Shown here piece by piece: positions 59,329 to 64,000 of a stretch of DNA of 64,000 nt; position 1 is the stretch's first letter, and each line of letters begins with the position of its first letter. A program made the translations under genes and the position numbers. Under the pieces are notes generated by a model. That model searched no databases. It was not told the DNA's origin and saw only the letters and a list, made by a program, of their open reading frames with translations. This DNA comes from a virus. The stretch is from IMG/VR virus record IMGVR_UViG_3300025853_009406, positions 1 through 64,000 of that record. One strand, given 5' to 3'.

Positions 59329-59510
59329 AGAAAAAAGGAGGGTTATTACACCCCCCTTTGTAGGTCTTTTCATGCACGCCACTTGCTCTTTAGAGAAGCA
59401 AGAAACTCATATTAGGGTCATATGACTCCACCACACATTTTTGAGAGAAATGAGAAACTCCAGGGGTCAATGACCATCCCGACCAGGATTTTTATAGACT
59501 CTCCATGTCT
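59329..59510 (-). ncRNA. Structured leader RNA, probably the manA RNA motif, ending in an intrinsic terminator
   Basis: Intergenic, upstream of the M6P isomerase gene, near tRNAs; duplicated GGTCA/GAGTCA..TGACC hairpins plus GAGTTTC..TTCTCT modules; AAAGGGGGGT..ACCCTCCTTTTTT terminator. Confidence 0.6.
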
Positions 59511-59743
59511 TAGGCAACTTCAACAGTTTCAAGATCATTATAAAGATATTCCATTAAAATCTCATAATCATCAAGAGGATCTCCAGAGAAAACTACTCCA
59601 CTATTTCCATAAAAGCGTCGAACTTTTTTATAAAGTTTTGGATTTTTAACATCCAAAAAGATTTCTCCATTTGCAGCAGACCTAAGTGTATTGATGTCTT
59701 TTTTGAACTTTTCTGTAAGTGCCATTTTTTTGAGTGTTGACAT
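59510..59743 (-). CDS. Hypothetical protein
   Basis: 77 aa; LDVKNPKLYKKVRRFY..GV.FSGDPLDDYE. Confidence 0.75.
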   Translation of the reverse strand: MSTLKKMALTEKFKKDINTLRSAANGEIFLDVKNPKLYKKVRRFYGNSGVVFSGDPLDDYEILMEYLYNDLETVEVA

Positions 59744-59747
59744 TTAT

Positions 59748-59776
59748 ATTATAATGGTTTGACAGTTTACTGTCAA
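59748..59776 (-). promoter_or_regulatory. Consensus sigma70 promoter with palindromic -35 region
   Basis: TTGACA-N17-TATAAT; TTGACAGTAAACTGTCAA inverted repeat. Confidence 0.75.
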
Positions 59777-59800
59777 TAGGACATAAGTGGTTATGTCCAA

Positions 59801-59874
59801 TGCAGGTTAAGGGAATTGAACCCTTCTTAGCCGCTTTATGAGAACGGAGCATTCAACCAGATTGCTAAACCTGC
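59801..59874 (-). tRNA. tRNA with CAT anticodon (Met or Ile2)
   Basis: GCAGGTT/AACCTGC acceptor; CCGTT-CTCATAA-AGCGG anticodon arm; GGTTCAATTCC T-loop. Confidence 0.88.
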
Positions 59875-59897
59875 TCGTCTAGAAACTCTGCTAGAAG

Positions 59898-60098
59898 TCA
59901 AGATCCTTCTTGGTGATCTGTGTACAAGCGTATGAGTTCATCATCTGCTGGAACCATAACTGCAGTTTGCTCATTTTCTTCGTTTTTGATTCCTATATGC
60001 TCCCCATTCTCAACTCTTTCAATCAAAGTTTCCCAGTTATTTTGCCAATATTCCACTGTGTAAATTTCAATAGTTGTTGTATTTATCATATGATTCAA
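59898..60098 (-). CDS. Small hypothetical protein
   Basis: YTVEYWQNNWETLIERVENGEHIGI...AVMVP. Confidence 0.65.
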   Translation of the reverse strand: MNHMINTTTIEIYTVEYWQNNWETLIERVENGEHIGIKNEENEQTAVMVPADDELIRLYTDHQEGS

Positions 60099-60657
60099 AG
60101 AATATTTTTTTGTAATCAGAAATAAAATTATAGAATGCTTTTGAAGGTCTTTGAGATTTTAGATTAAATGTCAATGAAGTTGATATATGTTCTTTAGGAA
60201 TAACATTTTCCAACTCGTAAACTTTTAGATAATCTATAATAAACAAAGAACAGATTTCTGGATCTAAACTTTGCATGAATAATCTCTCAAGTCTTTCCGT
60301 AGATTCTTGACAGTTTTGAGGTATTTTATAATAGTTATCAGAAAAGTCTTTGGTTTCTATTCTATTGTTTTCTATGTGGTCTTCAATCGGGGATGTATTT
60401 TTTTCCAAATAATATCTGCAGAATCTTGTAAAGATATTTTCCATATAAACTGCATTATATTCTGCAACCTCATTGACATCTAGTTTAAAGTTCCAAGGCA
60501 TTCCACTGAAGCAACATACGATATGTGCAATATCATGTGTTGGAGTTGTTGGAGGAACCTCATCACTATGTAAAGTTAAAACTTGATTGTCAGAATAAAA
60601 AACTTTAAAGAGTGTATTTCCTTTATCCCAAGACCAAAAAATTTCTTTTACTTCCAT
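60067..60657 (-). CDS. Hypothetical protein
   Basis: 196 aa; PTHDIAH and later EYNA motif. Confidence 0.7.
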   Translation of the reverse strand: MEVKEIFWSWDKGNTLFKVFYSDNQVLTLHSDEVPPTTPTHDIAHIVCCFSGMPWNFKLDVNEVAEYNAVYMENIFTRFCRYYLEKNTSPIEDHIENNRIETKDFSDNYYKIPQNCQESTERLERLFMQSLDPEICSLFIIDYLKVYELENVIPKEHISTSLTFNLKSQRPSKAFYNFISDYKKIFFESYDKYNNY

Positions 60658-60675
60658 CAGAATAATAAAGGGTAA

Positions 60676-60696
60676 TCGGAATGACAGGATTGGAAC
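60676..60696 (-). pseudogene. tRNA 3'-end remnant (Pro-like)
   Basis: GTTCCAATCCTGTCATTCCGA: T-loop remnant plus 3' acceptor strand; 5' part absent. Confidence 0.55.
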
Positions 60697-60724
60697 GTCT
60701 CAAGTTCCTGATGTAGTAATCATA

Positions 60725-60946
60725 CTACTTTTTATGCCGTTTGTCAAATGGTTCCCAATGTTCCCATCCATATTTGTGAACTGCCCACATACCAAGGATA
60801 GGGACAAAGACGAGAGACGCTGAAAGAAATCCCATAGTCCATGGATTATTTAGTACCCATCGAGAAAAATGTGCTACTTCATGTATCATGGATTTTAAGG
60901 TATAAAACATGAAAGTAAAATTAAAGTTTCCATTACATACTCCCAT
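60725..60946 (-). CDS. Small membrane protein (start uncertain)
   Basis: TM helix, VPILGMWAVHKYGWEHWEPF. Confidence 0.6.
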   Translation of the reverse strand: MGVCNGNFNFTFMFYTLKSMIHEVAHFSRWVLNNPWTMGFLSASLVFVPILGMWAVHKYGWEHWEPFDKRHKK

Positions 60947-61148
60947 TTCTAAATCCTACTATATACCCAAGTAGAAGTCCGCACATAAATGATACCCACA
61001 GGTATAGCACATGAGATGTAAATGCAATAAACTCCATCCATTCAGTATACGTCATCATCCCCCTCGTAAAGTGGGCATGGTTCTTCGAATAACAATAGCA
61101 TTCGCATCTCTTTAACTTTTTCCTGCAACTTTTCGTAGTCTTCTTCAG

Positions 61149-61352
61149 TCATAATGTGATGTTCATCCATGAGAATACGGGTGGTATTACTCCAATAAGT
61201 CGAAGTAAACCCTCAGCAAAAAGTGCAAGAACAACCCAACCAACACACATACTAATAATCGAAGCATTCCGATTATGACGACGTATTGCAGCATCGATCA
61301 TCTCCTGGACTTCACTGCGACTTACATAATCATCATCAAAAGGACTCATCAT
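61149..61352 (-). CDS. Small membrane protein
   Basis: EVQEMIDAAIRRHNRNASIISMCVGWVVLALFAEG. Confidence 0.7.
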   Translation of the reverse strand: MMSPFDDDYVSRSEVQEMIDAAIRRHNRNASIISMCVGWVVLALFAEGLLRLIGVIPPVFSWMNITL

Positions 61353-61498
61353 TTCTCGTCCCCCAGATACTTTGCTGCTGGATCTTTTTTAGTCTTTACT
61401 ATAGCACAAGCTCTTTTGTAAAACATGTTGTCTGTATTCCCAGACTCTTCAAAAACAGCTTTGACCTTTACCCAGTTTTGATAAGTATGATCGTCCAT
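61349..61498 (-). CDS. Small hypothetical protein (49 aa)
   Basis: MDDHTYQNWVKVKAVFEESGNTDNMFYKRACAIV...; ATGA overlap with next gene. Confidence 0.65.
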   Translation of the reverse strand: MDDHTYQNWVKVKAVFEESGNTDNMFYKRACAIVKTKKDPAAKYLGDEK

Positions 61499-61619
61499 GT
61501 GTTTTTAGCTTATTTACTAGTTATGATATTATTCTAGTGACTAGTAAAAAACTTGCATGGTTTATATCGATACCGTAACACTGTTTAAGAAAATATTAAA
61601 TATTAAATATTAAATAAAA

Positions 61620-61639
61620 AGGAAGATCAGGGATTCGAA
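61620..61639 (-). pseudogene. tRNA 3'-end remnant (Ser-like)
   Basis: TTCGAATCCCTGATCTTCC(T) directly after an ORF stop; 5' part absent. Confidence 0.5.
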
Positions 61640-61642
61640 GTT

Positions 61643-61903
61643 TTAGCGGACTTCAAAGTCCAACTTACGAACATTGCGTTGTCTTCTTGCCTCTTGCCAG
61701 GCAATATCTTCAGGACTTAAAACATTATTTGATTGCTTTGACTTGTAAGTGTTTAACATAACTACCTGAGATAAGTCAACTGCAGAAATATTTTCATAAT
61801 CTCTAATGGTTGCCATATTTGGACAACCACAAGTAACAGTTTTTCCGACAACCCCTAAAAGTTCTTTAGAACATGACTTGCATCTTATTTTTACAGGATC
61901 CAT
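61643..61903 (-). CDS. Zinc-ribbon hypothetical protein
   Basis: Start MDPVKIRCKSC...TCGCPN; the longer ORF call runs through tRNA-Ala. Confidence 0.75.
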   Translation of the reverse strand: MDPVKIRCKSCSKELLGVVGKTVTCGCPNMATIRDYENISAVDLSQVVMLNTYKSKQSNNVLSPEDIAWQEARRQRNVRKLDFEVR

Positions 61904-61932
61904 AATATAACATGCTTTCTTATTATTTATAA

Positions 61933-62005
61933 TGGAGAATAGCGGACTCGAACCGCTGACAGCCTGCTTGCAAAGCAGATACTCTACCAACTGAGCTAAT
62001 TCCCC
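61933..62005 (-). tRNA. trnA: tRNA-Ala(TGC)
   Basis: GGGGAATTAGCTCAGTTGGTAGAG...TTTGCAA...GGTTCGAGTCC; G3:U70 present. Confidence 0.96.
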
Positions 62006-62006
62006 T

Positions 62007-62035
62007 TGCCCGTTAGGTTGGACTCGAACCAACTA
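62007..62035 (-). pseudogene. tRNA 3'-half remnant
   Basis: GTTGG-TTCGAGT-CCAAC T-arm plus AACGGGCA acceptor strand; no matching 5' strand upstream. Confidence 0.65.
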
Positions 62036-62062
62036 CTGAATGTAAGGAACCAAAAGGTTCAG

Positions 62063-62133
62063 AGCGAAATACGGGATTCGAACCCGTGACACCAACTTGG
62101 AAGGATGGGATGTTACCACTACACCAATTTCGC
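62063..62133 (-). tRNA. trnG: tRNA-Gly(TCC)
   Basis: GCGAAAT/ATTTCGC acceptor, CTTCCAA loop, GGTTCGAATCC, U discriminator. Confidence 0.92.
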
Positions 62134-62225
62134 ATTTGATGGAGTAAGTGTGATATATCTCATAAGGATATAACAGTGACTTACCCTCTATCACTTTTAT
62201 ATATTACACCAGTTCTTGGATATTG

Positions 62226-62696
62226 TCAAGTCCAAAGGTTATGGTCATATTCCCAGTGGCAATTTGGACATAATGGCATTATGTTTTCCTTTGAGTTTAT
62301 AACACTAATCATAACTTCTTCACTAAAAGAAGATATTGGTTTTATGTGAGCAATTTCTATATGTTTATTATATCCACATTTAACACATTCGGTAAATCCA
62401 AGTTTTTTTCCAAATGCTCTTGCTCGTGTTCTTACCAAAGCAAATGCTGAGGACTTGTGATGTTTTTCATATATTGCTTCTTTAAGGGTCATATCTTTTA
62501 CTTCTCTATCTTTTAACCATATCAAATAGTGTTCTTTACAACGAGCACGATTTGCTGTTATTGCTTTTCCACAATCAATACATTTATGCTCTGGTTTTCT
62601 TTTAGGAACTTTTTTATTATTATAAGAAGCAGCACAACTTCTTCCACAAAATTTTGGATTTTTTGTTTCTACTTTACAAAACAAGCACTTATTCAT
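62226..62696 (-). CDS. Free-standing HNH homing endonuclease with N-terminal zinc-finger motifs
   Basis: CxxC/FCGRSC, CIDCG..RCKEH, CVKCG..IEIAHIKPI...ENIMPLCPNCHWEYD. Confidence 0.9.
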   Translation of the reverse strand: MNKCLFCKVETKNPKFCGRSCAASYNNKKVPKRKPEHKCIDCGKAITANRARCKEHYLIWLKDREVKDMTLKEAIYEKHHKSSAFALVRTRARAFGKKLGFTECVKCGYNKHIEIAHIKPISSFSEEVMISVINSKENIMPLCPNCHWEYDHNLWT

Positions 62697-62700
62697 AATG

Positions 62701-62739
62701 GAACCTTAAAGTTATTTTTATTTATAAACCTTAAGGTTC
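62701..62739 (-). promoter_or_regulatory. RBS-sequestering hairpin with late promoter in its loop
   Basis: GAACCTTAAGGTT / AACTTTAAGGTTC 13-bp stem (one G-U); TATAAATA at 62719-62726 in the loop; AAGG in the 3' arm just before ATG 62696. Confidence 0.8.
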
Positions 62740-62745
62740 AAAAAA

Positions 62746-63028
62746 CGTCTCAGGAGGGACTCGAACCCCCGACCAACTGCTTAGCTTACCACTACGGATT
62801 TCCCCGCCATTTCTGTTTGTGGTCTGGACTTTCTCTTTACCATATCCTAAAAGGACTTAGGCACTTCCCGTCAAGTCTCTACACCTTCATCTTACGATGC
62901 TTGGCTCGGGATTATCATAGTCTTAAGACTTTAGAGTTCCCCGAATTTGAGAAGTTACATTTATAAAGTTTCCCTTATAAAGCTCCTTTGTTAAAGGCAG
63001 ATGCTCTTTCCAACTGAGCTACTGAGAC
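62746..63028 (-). tRNA. trnR: tRNA-Arg(TCT), intron-split (exons 63028-62994 and 62784-62746)
   Basis: Spliced: GTCTCAGTAGCTCAGTTGGAAAGAGCATCTGCCTT^CTAAGCAGTTGGTCGGGGGTTCGAGTCCCTCCTGAGACG. Confidence 0.92.
62785..62993 (-). mobile_element. Group I (IC3-like) self-splicing intron, 209 nt, no ORF
   Basis: Core elements AAATTCGGGGAA (P), AATCCCGAGC (Q), GTAGAGACTTGACGGG (R), GAGAAAGTCC (S); exon CUU pairs with GAG; terminal G. Confidence 0.92.
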
Positions 63029-63114
63029 AAGAGACCTCCCTGTTTGTGCATCGTTGAGAGGCATGGGAGGGGTGAGACTTATACGAAGTGTGGACCTTCG
63101 CTGCTCATAAGACA

Positions 63115-63143
63115 ATCATACCAGTTAAAGATTTGATTGTCAA
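63115..63143 (-). promoter_or_regulatory. Sigma70-type promoter for the tRNA cluster
   Basis: TTGACA-N17-TATGAT. Confidence 0.7.
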
Positions 63144-63210
63144 GTGTTTTGAGGTCTTACTGGATTTATGAAGTGGCCAGTTTCTACACTAGTTAAAACC
63201 TCATTTTTAT

Positions 63211-63396
63211 TTATTCATCGCCCAAAACAAGATATGTCATTTCTTCTTGATCTGGAGGAATATTGATCCATTCATCAAACTCTTCTGCAATCGCTACTGC
63301 GTCAAACTGAGATTCAATATCACCTTCTGCAAGGTCATGGATTCTATTGATTGACCATTCACGAATAAGTTTTACTGGTTCAATCGTCTTTTCCAT
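63211..63396 (-). CDS. Small hypothetical protein (61 aa)
   Basis: MEKTIEPVKLIREWSINRIH...AIAEEFDEWI. Confidence 0.7.
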   Translation of the reverse strand: MEKTIEPVKLIREWSINRIHDLAEGDIESQFDAVAIAEEFDEWINIPPDQEEMTYLVLGDE

Positions 63397-63637
63397 AATA
63401 ATCTTTTCTGAAGTATCTGCTGAGGATGTTACTATTGTAGTATGCTGGTTCTCCTGTGTCAAGGGATTCGGTGAGGACGTTGTTCTGGAAGAGTTGTTTT
63501 GTTTCTTCAAAGTTTGTTTTGCCTTTTGTTTTGTGGAGGGAGAGGATAGTCCGTCTGAATATCCCCTTGCCATATTTTTCCACATCTTCTTTAAGTTCTG
63601 GGCAAGATCCATAATAGTTTTTATAGGTGTTATCATC
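63380..63637 (-). pseudogene. 5'-truncated GIY-YIG (Seg-like) endonuclease
   Basis: KNYYGSCPELKEDVEKYGKGIFRRTILSLH...YYNSNI; in-frame TAA at 63638-63640, GIY-YIG half absent. Confidence 0.7.
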
Positions 63638-63675
63638 TTAAGATATTTATGGAATAAAGTCAAGAATATTTTCAG

Positions 63676-63683
63676 TATAAATA
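63676..63683 (+). promoter_or_regulatory. T4-type late promoter
   Basis: TATAAATA upstream of the plus-strand ORF. Confidence 0.6.
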
Positions 63684-63706
63684 TTTTTATGGTAGAAAAT
63701 ATTTTT

Positions 63707-64000
63707 ATGACTTGGAAGTATAACAGTGAAGATTTTATAGAGTCCCCAAAGGGGATAGAAGGATTTGTTTATCTAATAACAAACTTAACCAATGATAGAA
63801 AATATATTGGAAAGAAATCTTTTTGGACAAGAAGAAAAGATAAAAAAACTGGTAGAAGAAAAACAAAAGAAAGTGATTGGAAAAATTATTTTGGTTCCTG
63901 CGATGAACTAAATGAAGATGTAAAACTTCTTGGTAAAGATATTTTTTTGAGGGAAATTCTTTATTTGTGCCCTCACAAAAAATCAATGTCTTACTATGAA
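63707..64000 (+). CDS. GIY-YIG (Seg-like) endonuclease, runs off the window end
   Basis: MTWKYNSEDF...GFVYLITNLTNDRKYIGKK...SDWKNYFGSCDEL; alternative ATG at 63689. Confidence 0.85.
   Translation, partial: MTWKYNSEDFIESPKGIEGFVYLITNLTNDRKYIGKKSFWTRRKDKKTGRRKTKESDWKNYFGSCDELNEDVKLLGKDIFLREILYLCPHKKSMSYYE

Noticed and set aside
59296-59382. Upstream extension of the M6P isomerase ORF
   Set aside because: Runs through the terminator and structured RNA; homology begins at MERVEKPWG
61904-62032. N-terminal extension of ORF 61643-62032
   Set aside because: Reads through tRNA-Ala and a tRNA remnant; the likely start is ATG 61903
62529-62966. 145-aa plus-strand ORF as an intron-encoded protein
   Set aside because: Antisense to the HNH gene, tRNA exon and intron; no recognisable motif
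62785-62995. Alternative splice giving a Ser(GCT) anticodon
   Set aside because: Would need the intron to end in A rather than G; tRNA body is Arg-like with a short variable loop
63397-63663. N-terminal extension of ORF 63211-63663
   Set aside because: Overlaps the GIY-YIG remnant in another frame; the credible gene starts at 63396
63735-63986. 83-aa minus-strand ORF
   Set aside because: Antisense shadow of the plus-strand GIY-YIG gene

Overview
This window is from a large T4-like cyanomyovirus, with almost all genes on the minus strand. Evidence: two hli genes, petF, pcyA, ho1, a T-type bilin lyase, sigma70-type early promoters (TTGACA-N17-TATAAT), T4-type late promoters (TATAAATA) and a tRNA cluster. 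A central block of virion/fibre genes (about 16.7-47.1 kb) is flanked by two glycosylation/sugar-nucleotide clusters (8.4-16.5 kb and 48.4-59.3 kb). Main observation: the 3349-aa protein (32848-42897) appears to contain 12 phycobiliprotein-like (globin-fold) domains. Each keeps equivalents of both bilin-attachment cysteines (KCxRD for Cys84, and a helix-H Cys for beta-155). The domains are split into 12 N-halves and 12 C-halves arranged like nested brackets. The same window encodes a heme-to-phycocyanobilin pathway plus lyase (ho1, pcyA, petF, cpcT-like), suggesting a phage-made, possibly chromophorylated virion protein. Other highlights: a group IC3 intron in tRNA-Arg(UCU) next to a free-standing HNH gene with hairpin/late-promoter control; a 4415-aa nearly proline-free collagen-like fibre; a probable GDP-colitose pathway; and several deletion scars. 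All family assignments come from motif recognition by eye; no searches were run.
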